64,000 nt of DNA, from the NCBI RefSeq assembly GCF_965641715.1, contig NZ_OZ282453.1; one strand, written 5' to 3'. Origin of the DNA: Escherichia coli. Lineage in GTDB: Bacteria > Pseudomonadota > Gammaproteobacteria > Enterobacterales > Enterobacteriaceae. Of the stretch, positions 30,410 to 40,749 are shown in pieces; position 1 is the stretch's first letter, and each line of letters begins with the position of its first letter. Position numbers and translations under genes: made by a program. The notes beneath the pieces were generated by a model that worked only from the letters and a program-made list of their open reading frames with translations, did not search any database and was not told the origin of the DNA.

Positions 30410-32116
30410 ATGGACAACGCTGAACAGCAATTTCTGAACGATCTGGATACTAAGTTCTGGAAAGCCGCAGACAAGCTACGCGCCAATATGGACGCAGCCA
30501 ACTACAAGCATGTGGTACTTGGGCTTATCTTTCTGAAGTATGTTTCAGATGCCTTTGACGCACGCCAGAAGGAACTGAAAGGACTGTTTGAAGACAAGTC
30601 CAACCCGGACAACATTTACGCGCTGTCTCGTGACGATTACGACACAGAAGAGGCGTACCAGCAGGCGATCGCAGAAGAGCTGGAAGTTCAGGATTACTAC
30701 ACTGAGAAAAACGTCTTCTGGGTACCCAAACTGGCTCGCTGGGAAACGCTTAAAACCAATGCTGCTCTACCTGTAGGGACGGTTCTGGGGAAAGACGATA
30801 GCGGCAAAGATATCGTCATGACGTCAGTATCGAAGCTGATTGATATCGCTCTGGATACTATCGAAAACAGCAACCCGAAACTGAAAAACATCCTTAACTG
30901 TATCGGACACTATCAGCTTGGTAACGACCTGCTAATTAGCCTGATTAACGTTTTCTCCGATACCAGTTTCAGCGAACCCAAATACAATGGCGTGAAGCTC
31001 AATTTGAAGAGCAAAGATATTCTCGGCCACGTTTACGAATACTTCCTTGGTCAGTTTGCACTGGCGGAAGGCAAACAGGGCGGCCAGTATTACACGCCGA
31101 AAAGCATCGTTACGCTGATTGTTGAAATGCTCCAGCCCTACAATGGCCGCGTGTATGACCCGGCGATGGGATCTGGCGGTTTCTTCGTTTCCAGCGATCG
31201 CTTTATCGAAGCACACGCTGATGAAAAGCATTACAACGCCGCTGAACAAAAACGCAATATCTCCGTTTACGGGCAGGAGTCCAACCCTACCACCTGGCGT
31301 CTGGCTGCGATGAATATGGTGATTCGCGGTATTGATTTTAACTTCGGTAAACAAAACGCCGATACGTTCCTGAACGACCAGCACCCGGATTTACGTGCCG
31401 ATTTTGTTATGGCGAACCCGCCATTCAACATGAAGGAGTGGTGGAACGCCAAGCTGGAAAACGACGTGCGCTGGAAATACGGCACGCCGCCTCAGGGCAA
31501 CGCCAACTTTGCGTGGATGCAGCACATGATCCACCACCTGGCGCCAAAAGGCTCGATGGCGCTGCTGCTGGCGAACGGTTCGATGAGCTCTAACACCAAC
31601 AACGAAGGCGAGATCCGCCGCAACCTGATCGAAGCCGATCTGGTCGAGTGCATGGTCGCGCTGCCAGGTCAGTTGTTTACCAACACCCAAATCCCGGCCT
31701 GTATCTGGTTCCTGACCAAAGACAAATCCGGCGGTAACGGCAAAGCACACCGTAAAGGCGAAGTGTTGTTTATCGACGCGCGTCAGATTGGCTTTATGAA
31801 AGACCGCGTGCTGCGTGATTTTAGCCGTGAAGATATCGCCAGAATTGCTGATATCTTCCACGCCTGGCAGACGGATAAAGGCTATGAAGACGAAGCTGGA
31901 TTCTGTTTCTCCGCAACGCTGGAAGATATCCAGAAAAACGACTTTGTGTTGACCCCTGGGCGCTATGTCGGTGCGGCCGAGCAAGACGAAGACGATGAGC
32001 CTTTTGCCGAGAAGATGGCACGACTGACGGCGCAGCTGAAAGATCAGCTGGAAGAGAGCGCGAAGCTGGAAGCACAGATTAAGGCGAATCTGGGGGGGCT
32101 GGGTTATGAGTTCTAA
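30410..32116 (+). CDS. hsdM: Type I restriction-modification methyltransferase subunit HsdM
   Basis: N6-adenine methyltransferase motifs: DPAMGSGGFF (AdoMet binding) and NPPF (MANPPFNM). Confidence 0.9.
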   Translation: MDNAEQQFLNDLDTKFWKAADKLRANMDAANYKHVVLGLIFLKYVSDAFDARQKELKGLFEDKSNPDNIYALSRDDYDTEEAYQQAIAEELEVQDYYTEKNVFWVPKLARWETLKTNAALPVGTVLGKDDSGKDIVMTSVSKLIDIALDTIENSNPKLKNILNCIGHYQLGNDLLISLINVFSDTSFSEPKYNGVKLNLKSKDILGHVYEYFLGQFALAEGKQGGQYYTPKSIVTLIVEMLQPYNGRVYDPAMGSGGFFVSSDRFIEAHADEKHYNAAEQKRNISVYGQESNPTTWRLAAMNMVIRGIDFNFGKQNADTFLNDQHPDLRADFVMANPPFNMKEWWNAKLENDVRWKYGTPPQGNANFAWMQHMIHHLAPKGSMALLLANGSMSSNTNNEGEIRRNLIEADLVECMVALPGQLFTNTQIPACIWFLTKDKSGGNGKAHRKGEVLFIDARQIGFMKDRVLRDFSREDIARIADIFHAWQTDKGYEDEAGFCFSATLEDIQKNDFVLTPGRYVGAAEQDEDDEPFAEKMARLTAQLKDQLEESAKLEAQIKANLGGLGYEF

Positions 32117-33461
32117 GTTTCGGAAAGTAAAACTATGTGAAATCCTCTCATTTAAGACAGGTAAACTCGACTCGAATGCAGCAGTAGATAATGGTTGTTA
32201 TCCTTTTTTTACTTGCTCGCCAGTTACACTTTCGATTAATACGCATGCTTTTGACACTGAAGCAGTATTATTAGCTGGTAATAACGCAAATGGGGTATTT
32301 TCAGTAAAATACCACAATGGTAAGTTTAATGCTTACCAAAGAACATATGTTATTACTCCTCTGGATAATTCAGCGGTCAATGTGAAATGGCTTTATTTTA
32401 GAATAAAATATGTTACGTCAGAATTACAATCAATGTCAGTTGGCACTGCAACAAAATTCTTAACAAAAAAGATTTTGGATTCATTTGAGATTGAACTGCC
32501 AACTTTTGAAGAGCAAACATATCAAGCTCAGATTTTATGGGCGTTACAGGATAAATTAGCTAATAATGAAGCTATAAACCAAACTCTCGAACAAATGGCG
32601 CAAGCCCTGTTCAAAAGCTGGTTTGTCGATTTTGAACCGGTAAAAGCCAAAATGGCAGCGTTGGAAGCGGGCGGTTCGCAGGAAGACGCGACACGTGCCG
32701 CCATGACGGCAATTTCCGGGAAAGATGCTGATGCGTTGGTGGTTTTTGCGCGTGAACATCCTGAGCAATATGCCGAGTTAAAAGCCACGGCAGAACTGTT
32801 TCCGTCTGCGGTGCAGGAAAGTGAGTTGGGGGCGATTCCTAAAGGATGGGGGGTGGCGTCAATTAGTGAGATGGGGAAGATTACTTGTGGCAAAACTCCG
32901 TCAAAAAAAGAACCAAAGTATTACGGTGGTGATGTTCCATTCATAAAGATACCAGATATGCATGGGCAACTCTTTGTGCTTAAAACTAATGAATATTTAA
33001 GCGAAGTCGGTTCAAAGTCGCAACTAAAAAAACTTGTGCCCGCTAACTCTATCTGTGTTAGTTGTATAGCTACTATTGGTGTTGTTTCTATCACCAATGA
33101 ACCATCTCATACCAATCAGCAAATAAATTCGGTTACACCTTATAAGAGTTCATTACTTTATTATCTTTATTTTTGTATATTGGGATTGAAAGATCATCTT
33201 CACGTTTTAGGTAGCGCAGGTAGTGCAACCTTAAATGTCAATACGTCTACTTTCTCAGGAATTAAAATCGCTCAGCCTGATGCTAAAGTATTGGAGTTAT
33301 TTCATGCCAAATGTACACAATTATTTAATGAGATTAAATCGCTCTGTGTACAAACTGAATCACTTGCACAACTACGAGACACCCTCCTCCCCAAACTCCT
33401 CTCCGGAGAAATTACGTTACCGGATGCCGAGGAAATAGCCAAGGAAGCTGACTATGTTTAA
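32106..33461 (+). CDS. hsdS: Type I restriction-modification specificity subunit HsdS
   Basis: Overlaps the hsdM stop; two AT-rich variable segments alternating with GC-richer conserved segments, as expected for two target-recognition domains. Confidence 0.85.
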   Translation: MSSKFRKVKLCEILSFKTGKLDSNAAVDNGCYPFFTCSPVTLSINTHAFDTEAVLLAGNNANGVFSVKYHNGKFNAYQRTYVITPLDNSAVNVKWLYFRIKYVTSELQSMSVGTATKFLTKKILDSFEIELPTFEEQTYQAQILWALQDKLANNEAINQTLEQMAQALFKSWFVDFEPVKAKMAALEAGGSQEDATRAAMTAISGKDADALVVFAREHPEQYAELKATAELFPSAVQESELGAIPKGWGVASISEMGKITCGKTPSKKEPKYYGGDVPFIKIPDMHGQLFVLKTNEYLSEVGSKSQLKKLVPANSICVSCIATIGVVSITNEPSHTNQQINSVTPYKSSLLYYLYFCILGLKDHLHVLGSAGSATLNVNTSTFSGIKIAQPDAKVLELFHAKCTQLFNEIKSLCVQTESLAQLRDTLLPKLLSGEITLPDAEEIAKEADYV

Positions 33462-34647
33462 AGTCGATCAGCCCAGTAATAGCCTGCAACCGCTTCAGGA
33501 AACCACCTTCACTAACGCGGGTTTCACCGAGCGCTACCACTTACAGGAGTGGCTGGCAAAGCATCCGCAAGCATTGACTCGCAACAGCGATGACGAACTA
33601 CTTATCATCCAGAAAGAGTTTGCCGGGTTTGACGACACCAAAGAGCGGTTAGATCTGCTGGCGATCGACAAAGACGGCAATCTGGTGATCATCGAGAACA
33701 AGCTCGATGATTCCGGGCGTGATGTCGTATGGCAGGCGCTGAAGTACGCGGGCTACTGCGCGAATCTACGCAAAGAACATATTGTTGAGATCTTCCAGCG
33801 TTACCTCGATCAGAACGATCCAGAAGAAACACGCCCAGCCTCTGATGTGCTCGCAGAATTCCTCGAACATGAAAGCCTGGATGAAGTGCAAATTAACCAA
33901 AGCCGTTCCCAGCGTGTGATGATGGTTGCGGCAAATTTCCGCAAGGAAGTTACCAATACTGCGCTCTGGCTGATGCAGTTCAACATCCGTGTCCAATGCT
34001 TTAAGGTCACGCCTTACCGTTATGGAAATGATGTATTCATCGACATCCGCCAGGTTATTCCCACACCGGAAGCCGAATCCTACATGATCGGTATGGCGCA
34101 GAAGGAAGCAGAAGAACAATCAACCAGCGGTGAACTGAAACAGAGCCAACGCCTGCGCAAGGCGTTCTGGACGCAGATGCTGGAGAAATTTCATGCCAGC
34201 GACTGTACGCTGTATAACAACATCAGCCCGTCTATGGATCACTGGTTATGTGCAGGCTCTGGCATAAGTGGTATGCCTTATAGCCTAATATTCAGCAAGA
34301 AGGAAATCCGCGTAGAATTATGGATTTCGCGAGCATCGGCAGACATCAACACCATGGCGTTGAACTGGCTTGAACAACACCGCACATCTGTCGAAGAGGT
34401 ATTCGGCAACCCACTGGAGTGGCTATCGCTACCTGGTAAAAAAGCCTGCCGTATTCAATACCGCCAAAAAATAGATGGCTTCCAGCAGGAAAATTGGCCG
34501 CAAATGATCGACTGGCTGGTGGAACATATGACCCGTTTTGAGAATGCGCTTTCGCCGTATCTGCCACAGCTTAACCAGTTGATCAAGCAGACCTTTAACG
34601 GGCATGATGAAGCTGAAAATACAACAGAAGAAGCCGAACACGTATAA
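33454..34647 (+). CDS. Uncharacterised 397-aa protein inside the RM operon, with a PD-(D/E)xK-like motif
   Basis: Start overlaps the hsdS stop; 16 bp before hsdR; RLDLLAIDKDGNLVIIENKLDD resembles a D...E-x-K nuclease core; no Walker A. Confidence 0.6.
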   Translation: MFKVDQPSNSLQPLQETTFTNAGFTERYHLQEWLAKHPQALTRNSDDELLIIQKEFAGFDDTKERLDLLAIDKDGNLVIIENKLDDSGRDVVWQALKYAGYCANLRKEHIVEIFQRYLDQNDPEETRPASDVLAEFLEHESLDEVQINQSRSQRVMMVAANFRKEVTNTALWLMQFNIRVQCFKVTPYRYGNDVFIDIRQVIPTPEAESYMIGMAQKEAEEQSTSGELKQSQRLRKAFWTQMLEKFHASDCTLYNNISPSMDHWLCAGSGISGMPYSLIFSKKEIRVELWISRASADINTMALNWLEQHRTSVEEVFGNPLEWLSLPGKKACRIQYRQKIDGFQQENWPQMIDWLVEHMTRFENALSPYLPQLNQLIKQTFNGHDEAENTTEEAEHV

Positions 34648-34662
34648 CACAGGACGTTACCG

Positions 34663-37600
34663 ATGCTTACCGAAGACGACTTAGAACAGCTTTGCCAGGG
34701 CTGGTTTGCCGAACAAGGTTGGGAAATCCATCATGGGCCAGATATTGCCCCCGATGGCTGTAACCCGCAACGCGCCAGCTATCATGATGTATTCCTGACG
34801 CCCGTGTTGAACGCCTGCCTGCAAAAAATCAACCCGCACCTGCCCACTGACGTCTTCGAACAGGTCATCTCCCGTATTACTCGCGCTGAAAGCCCGGATC
34901 TGATTGCCAGTAACAAAGCCTTTCATCACTGGTTGCTGGAAGGGGTTCCGGTACAGTACCGTCGCGACGAAGAACTTATCCACGACCACGCCCTGCTGGT
35001 GGATTTTAGCCAGCCGCAAAACAACCGTTTTATGGTGGTCAATCAAATGACTATCAGCGGAACGAAACAGCCTCGCCGCCCGGATATCATCTGCTTTATT
35101 AACGGAATACCACTGGCGGTTGTGGAACTAAAAAGCCCTGTCGATGACAAGGTAGATATCTGGGATGCGTACCACCAGTTACAGACCTATAAAGATGAAA
35201 TACGCGACCTGTTTATCAGCAATGAAGCGTTGATTGTCAGTGATGGTTATCTGGCGCGTGTGGGGTCCCTGACCGCCACGGAAGAACGTTTTATGCCGTG
35301 GAAGACCATCAGCAATGAAAATGACAAGCCGTTGCTGGAATGGCAACTGGAAACTATGGTACGGGGTTTCTTCAACCGGGAATTGCTGCTCGACTATATC
35401 CGCTATTTCGTTCTGTTTGAAAATAACGATGAAAGGCTAATTAAGAAAATAGCTGGTTATCACCAGTTCCACGCGGTGCGTGAGGCCGTGCAGGCGACGA
35501 TCGTTGCTTCGACCGGTAAGCAACTGGTACTGCACAGTAATATTCAGCCAGGCAGTAAGAAAGCAGGCGTGGTCTGGCATACGCAGGGTTCCGGTAAAAG
35601 CATCTCCATGTGTTGCTATGTCGGCAAACTGTTGCAACAGCCGGAGATGGGCAACCCGACGATTGTTGTTGTGACCGATCGTAACGATCTGGACGGCCAG
35701 CTTTATGGTACATTCTGCCAGGCACAGGAGCTGCTCAAGCAAATGCCGGTACAGGCAGATGATCGTGAAACATTGCGTGATCTGCTTGCAACTCGCGATG
35801 CTGGCGGCATTATCTTTACCACCGTGCAGAAATTCTCCCCGGAAGAAGGGGAAAACGCCCATCCGATTCTCAATGGACGCAGCAATATCGTTGTTATTTC
35901 CGATGAAGCGCACCGCAGCCAGTACGGCATGAAAGCCAACCTGGATCGTAAAACCGGCGTCTATAAATACGGTTACGCTAAACATATGCGCGACGCGCTA
36001 CCTAACGCCTCGTTTCTGGGATTTACCGGTACACCGGTTTCGGCAGAGGATCGCGATACTCGCGCTGTATTTGGCGATTACGTCTCAATTTATGATATTC
36101 AGGACGCTGTGGACGATGGCGCAACGGTGCCTATTCACTATGAATCCCGGCTGGCAAAACTCGATCTCAATCATGAAGAGCTGGCGGCGCTGTCCGATCA
36201 GGTTGAAGAACTGATTGAGGACGATGAGCTGGATCAGAGAGAAAAAACCAAAGGTGAATGGAGCCGTCTGGAGAAACTAGTTGGTGCTAAACCACGTCTT
36301 CAGCAGATCGCTGCCGATCTGATTTCTCACTTTGAGAAGCGCAATACCGTAATGGACGGCAAGGCGATGATTGTCGCCATGAGCCGTGAAATCTGCGTCC
36401 ATCTTTACGATGAAATTATTGCGTTGCGTCCGGAGTGGCACGATGACGATCCTGAAAAAGGGCAAATCAAAATCGTGATGACCGGTACAGCATCTGATAA
36501 GGCAATGCTGCAACCGCATATCTACAACAAACGGACTAAAAAACGGCTGGAATCCCGCTTCAAGAATGTGAACGACCCGCTGAAGCTGGTGATAGTGCGT
36601 GATATGTGGCTGACCGGCTTTGATGCCCCATGCTGTCACACTATGTATATCGACAAACCGATGCGCGGCCATAACCTGATGCAGGCTATTGCCCGTGTCA
36701 ACCGGGTATTCAAAGACAAGCCCGGCGGGCTGGTGGTGGATTATATTGGTATCGCCAATGAGCTGAAACTGGCGCTGAAAACTTATACCGATGCAAACGG
36801 TAAAGGTGATGCGACCGTCAACGCTGAAGAAGCACTGGCAATCATGCTGGAAAAGCTGGACATCATCCACGGTATGTTTGCCAAAACGGCAACGTCAGCG
36901 GGTTTTGATTACACCGGCTTTGAAGCTCATGCGCAGAAGTTGCTAGTACCAGTTGCAAACTATGTGCTCGGCCTTGAAGACGGTAAGAAGCGTTTTCTCG
37001 ATAACGTACTGGCAATTACTAAAGCCTGGTCGCTTTGCTGTACGCTGGATGCGGCGCAGCCTTATAAACTAGAGATTGCTTTCTTGTCGGCGGTAAAAGC
37101 TGCTATCAGCAAATTCACCAGTGTGGACAAAAAAATAAGCCAGGCTGAGAAGAACTCCGCGCTGAAACAGATTCTGGATAATGCCGTAATTGCTAACGGC
37201 GTGGATGATATTTTCACGCTGGCTGGTCTGGATAAACCGAATATTGGCTTGCTTTCAGATGAATTCTTGCAGGAAGTCCGCGATATGCCATATCGAAATC
37301 TGGCGGTAGAGCTGCTGGAAAAACTGATTAATGACGGTATCCAGTCCCGTACAAAAAACAATGTAGTGCAGGAGAGGAAATATTCAGAACGTCTTCAGGC
37401 TGTATTGATTAAATACAACAACCGGGCTATTGAGACGGCGCAGGTGATTGAAGAGCTGATCCAGATGGCGAAGGATTTTCAGTCTGCAATGGCGCGTGAT
37501 GATGCGCTTGGCCTGAATCCTGACGAGATCGCTTTCTACGATGCACTGGCAGAAAACGAAAGCGCCGTCCGGGAGTTAGGAGATGAGGTACTTAAGAAAC

Positions 37601-37797
37601 TGGCGATAGAAGTGACGCTGAAGCTGCGCCAATCCACTACCGTTGACTGGCAGGTACGGGAAAGCGTTCGTGCAAGGCTGCGTATCCTGGTTCGCCAGAC
37701 TCTGCGTCGGTATAAGTATCCGCCAGATAAAACGCCGGGTGCGGTGGAGTTAATTTTGAAACAAGCGGAAGTTATTTCGAATCATTGGACGATGTGA
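34663..37797 (+). CDS. hsdR: Type I restriction-modification endonuclease/helicase subunit HsdR
   Basis: 1044 aa; Walker A TQGSGKS, DEAH box [11 protein letters not shown], and further helicase motifs. Confidence 0.9.
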   Translation: MLTEDDLEQLCQGWFAEQGWEIHHGPDIAPDGCNPQRASYHDVFLTPVLNACLQKINPHLPTDVFEQVISRITRAESPDLIASNKAFHHWLLEGVPVQYRRDEELIHDHALLVDFSQPQNNRFMVVNQMTISGTKQPRRPDIICFINGIPLAVVELKSPVDDKVDIWDAYHQLQTYKDEIRDLFISNEALIVSDGYLARVGSLTATEERFMPWKTISNENDKPLLEWQLETMVRGFFNRELLLDYIRYFVLFENNDERLIKKIAGYHQFHAVREAVQATIVASTGKQLVLHSNIQPGSKKAGVVWHTQGSGKSISMCCYVGKLLQQPEMGNPTIVVVTDRNDLDGQLYGTFCQAQELLKQMPVQADDRETLRDLLATRDAGGIIFTTVQKFSPEEGENAHPILNGRSNIVVISDEAHRSQYGMKANLDRKTGVYKYGYAKHMRDALPNASFLGFTGTPVSAEDRDTRAVFGDYVSIYDIQDAVDDGATVPIHYESRLAKLDLNHEELAALSDQVEELIEDDELDQREKTKGEWSRLEKLVGAKPRLQQIAADLISHFEKRNTVMDGKAMIVAMSREICVHLYDEIIALRPEWHDDDPEKGQIKIVMTGTASDKAMLQPHIYNKRTKKRLESRFKNVNDPLKLVIVRDMWLTGFDAPCCHTMYIDKPMRGHNLMQAIARVNRVFKDKPGGLVVDYIGIANELKLALKTYTDANGKGDATVNAEEALAIMLEKLDIIHGMFAKTATSAGFDYTGFEAHAQKLLVPVANYVLGLEDGKKRFLDNVLAITKAWSLCCTLDAAQPYKLEIAFLSAVKAAISKFTSVDKKISQAEKNSALKQILDNAVIANGVDDIFTLAGLDKPNIGLLSDEFLQEVRDMPYRNLAVELLEKLINDGIQSRTKNNVVQERKYSERLQAVLIKYNNRAIETAQVIEELIQMAKDFQSAMARDDALGLNPDEIAFYDALAENESAVRELGDEVLKKLAIEVTLKLRQSTTVDWQVRESVRARLRILVRQTLRRYKYPPDKTPGAVELILKQAEVISNHWTM

Positions 37798-37861
37798 ATT
37801 TTAGGCTGGCTGTATCAACTGCCAGCCATATTTAAATTATCATCAGTTAAAAGGCACAATT

Positions 37862-39604
37862 GTGAGTAAATATAGCGAAATACAACGTCAATTAGATGAA
37901 GTAAGCCCAATACCGAAAGGTATTCCTAAAGTATACCTTTTAGGGGACACTGGAGCAGGAAAGACGACTTTTATTCGAAAAATATTAGGAACTGAAAATA
38001 CCAAATTCCCTACCACCAGACAAAGTAGAACAACCGTTGCACCAACTGAGTATGTAATATGTAAATCATCCAATTATGAATTAACGATTCTGTTAAAATC
38101 TTTTGATGAGATTAATGGATATGTCAGAGAAATTCTAAAAGAAGCATTAGAGAAATCATTGAAAGGTGAAGATGTTAAAAGAAGCTTACGTCAAACAAAT
38201 GATCAGCGGTTTCGTTTATACTATCTTCTTGACGTCAGTGATATTGCAAATTTTGCTGAAGAAGTTATCTCTCTTACACCTCTTCTTTCCGAAAAAATTG
38301 ACGAATTAAAAGAAATTTTTACCGATGATATAACGGATCAAGATGAGTATATTAGTTTTGCTATTGATGAATTAAATGATAAAGTTGAATGTATCCAAAA
38401 TAAGATTATGGACTCCATTCAGAGTAATGTAATGTCCATTTGTAATGGAAGTATGTTAAGTAATGAATCACAGATATTTAAATACATTTCAACCGAAAAA
38501 GAAGACTTTATCAAAAAATGTAAAAAAATATTATCAAGTGATAAAGAGTCTATATCACCTGTTGTCGAGTATGCGAGACTGAGTGGAGAACTCAAATCAG
38601 AATGGGTGAATAGTTGTGCAGAAATAGTTATTATTGATGGTGAAGGTATTGGGCATAATACAAAAGAAACGGCACAACTAGACTCCAGGCATTATGATTT
38701 CTTTTATGATGTTAACTCAATCTTGCTTATCGAAGAGTCAAAAAAACCTTTTATTGCTGGGGGCAAAAATGCATTAAAAAGTATTTTTCAGCGTGGATAT
38801 GGTGATAAATTAAAACTAATCTTCACTAAGCTGGATGAAGTTATACCTTATGATTCAGACGAATCAACAGATGAAGATAGAATTGATTATGTAAAAGATG
38901 GTCTCAATAATGTTCTGGATGCATTAAAAAAAGAAGAGGTGAAGTGTAACATTGATATCGAGGATATTTATTTCATCGGAGATCTTGATAAACCTGAGCA
39001 TAACGCAAGACTTGAATTGGCTTTTAATTCCATATATGAAAACACAGTTTCCATGATAAATAATGATGAGGTTTTCATTGAGCCTAAGTATGACTTTGAG
39101 TTATTGGCCTTGCATATAAATTCTACTTCTAATGATTTTAAAACATACTATAGAAAATTATTAGATAGAGAACATTGGAAAACAATAGAAGCATTTAATC
39201 GACGGATGTATTCAAATATAGATGGGTTTAGGATGTTTATGCCTATTACCGATTTTGAGGAAACTGTGAGTAAATATATTGGTGGTTTTTTGACCTCGCC
39301 AATGGATTGGAAATATGAAGCGGTTGATAACTTGAAGCAAAAAAGTATTAATAAAATCAAGAGGGAATTCAACAAGCTTATTCTTAGCTTTATTCGCAAT
39401 AAGTTAATTATGGAACCATATGAAAAATGGAAAGAATCCTATTTCTTAGCTGGCACTGGTTCAACGATTAGTAGAAAACGTGAGATAACTACTATTTTTA
39501 GTGACACAATTATTGATGCCTCCCAAACTGAACGCTTTAAGGTGTTCAAGGATCAAATTAAAGAGATTGTTGTCAAGTCAATAGAGAACTGTAAGTCAAT
39601 ATAA
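37862..39604 (+). CDS. AT-rich P-loop GTPase-like protein (580 aa, GTG start)
   Basis: G1 GDTGAGKTT, G3-like DGEGIG, G4-like TKLD; much more AT-rich than the flanking hsdR. Confidence 0.6.
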   Translation: MSKYSEIQRQLDEVSPIPKGIPKVYLLGDTGAGKTTFIRKILGTENTKFPTTRQSRTTVAPTEYVICKSSNYELTILLKSFDEINGYVREILKEALEKSLKGEDVKRSLRQTNDQRFRLYYLLDVSDIANFAEEVISLTPLLSEKIDELKEIFTDDITDQDEYISFAIDELNDKVECIQNKIMDSIQSNVMSICNGSMLSNESQIFKYISTEKEDFIKKCKKILSSDKESISPVVEYARLSGELKSEWVNSCAEIVIIDGEGIGHNTKETAQLDSRHYDFFYDVNSILLIEESKKPFIAGGKNALKSIFQRGYGDKLKLIFTKLDEVIPYDSDESTDEDRIDYVKDGLNNVLDALKKEEVKCNIDIEDIYFIGDLDKPEHNARLELAFNSIYENTVSMINNDEVFIEPKYDFELLALHINSTSNDFKTYYRKLLDREHWKTIEAFNRRMYSNIDGFRMFMPITDFEETVSKYIGGFLTSPMDWKYEAVDNLKQKSINKIKREFNKLILSFIRNKLIMEPYEKWKESYFLAGTGSTISRKREITTIFSDTIIDASQTERFKVFKDQIKEIVVKSIENCKSI

Positions 39605-39706
39605 TAAGATAGAACAGTCCCGGATAATATTCGGGACTCATACACTTACAGATGGAGCTATGAATTTAGCAGTAAGAGTATTTGTGATTATTTAAGGAAA
39701 GTAACA

Positions 39707-40672
39707 ATGCCTTTAGATTTAAGTAACACTTTAGTTATTGGCATTAGCGCGACTGCGCTTTTTGACATGAGCGAATCCGACCATATGTTTCGGGAAACCT
39801 TTGCGACTGATCCTGATAGCGCCATTGAAAAATACCGCGCTTATATGCTAGAACACGAAAACCAACCTTTACAGCCCGGAACAGGCTACCCCTTAGTCAA
39901 AGCGTTGCTGGGTCTGAACCAGTACCGTCAACCGGATGATAAATCGCCGTTGGTTGAGGTTGTTGTGATGTCACGTAACAGCCCTGATACAGGTATCCGC
40001 GTTCTCAATACCATTCGCCATGACAAACTCGATATTACACGTTCAGCTTTTACCGCAGGCGAAACCGTTGCCGATTACCTTGATGCCTTTGATGTGGATC
40101 TGTTTTTAACGACCAACGTTGAAGATGCGCAAAAGGTGATTGATTCCCGATTCTGCGCCGCTGCAATCCTGAAAGATCCACCTTCTGACGCATCTGATAT
40201 CCCAGAAGGGCAAGTGCGCATTGCTTTTGATGGCGACGCGGTACTTTTTTCCGATCAAAGCGAACTGGTTTATAAGACCCAAGGAATGGCTGCCTTCCAT
40301 GCTCAGGAAGACGCGCAGCAGGATATCCCTATGGAAGAGGGGCCTTATGCCACTTTGCTAAAAAAAATAGCCAAGCTTCAGGAACGATTGCCGACCCGCG
40401 TTGAGTATTCTCCTGTTCGTATTGCGCTGGTGACAGCCCGAAATAGCCCTTCGGAAATGCGCGTTATTAAAACGCTAAGAAGCTGGGGGGTATATGTCGA
40501 TGAAGCTTTTTTTCTTGGCGGTGTAGAGAAAACAAAAGTTCTGAAGGCGTTTAGGCCACACATTTTCTTTGACGATCAGGATGTGCATTTGATCGCGGCT
40601 GCAAAGGTAGTACCTTCTGGTAAAGTACCTTATGCCAGTAACTCCGAACTTGCAGAACGTGAAGCATCGTGA
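39707..40672 (+). CDS. 5'-nucleotidase-family protein (HAD-like)
   Basis: HAD-type motif IAFDGDAVLFSD and C-terminal FFDDQDVH; family assignment from memory. Confidence 0.5.
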   Translation: MPLDLSNTLVIGISATALFDMSESDHMFRETFATDPDSAIEKYRAYMLEHENQPLQPGTGYPLVKALLGLNQYRQPDDKSPLVEVVVMSRNSPDTGIRVLNTIRHDKLDITRSAFTAGETVADYLDAFDVDLFLTTNVEDAQKVIDSRFCAAAILKDPPSDASDIPEGQVRIAFDGDAVLFSDQSELVYKTQGMAAFHAQEDAQQDIPMEEGPYATLLKKIAKLQERLPTRVEYSPVRIALVTARNSPSEMRVIKTLRSWGVYVDEAFFLGGVEKTKVLKAFRPHIFFDDQDVHLIAAAKVVPSGKVPYASNSELAEREAS

Positions 40673-40749
40673 TTATCGCTGACAAACCATTTAGTCATTA
40701 AGACTGAATGGTTTGTATGCCACTCGCAAAATATCTGCCCTACCTCAAA

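Noticed and set aside
31391-31984. 197-aa minus-strand ORF inside hsdM, and similar antisense ORFs inside hsdR and the helicase-like gene
   Set aside because: Embedded antisense frames without independent support
33454-34647. Anticodon nuclease PrrC as the identity of the gene between hsdS and hsdR
   Set aside because: Same position and similar size as PrrC, but the product has no Walker A NTPase motif, which PrrC requires; kept as an analogy only
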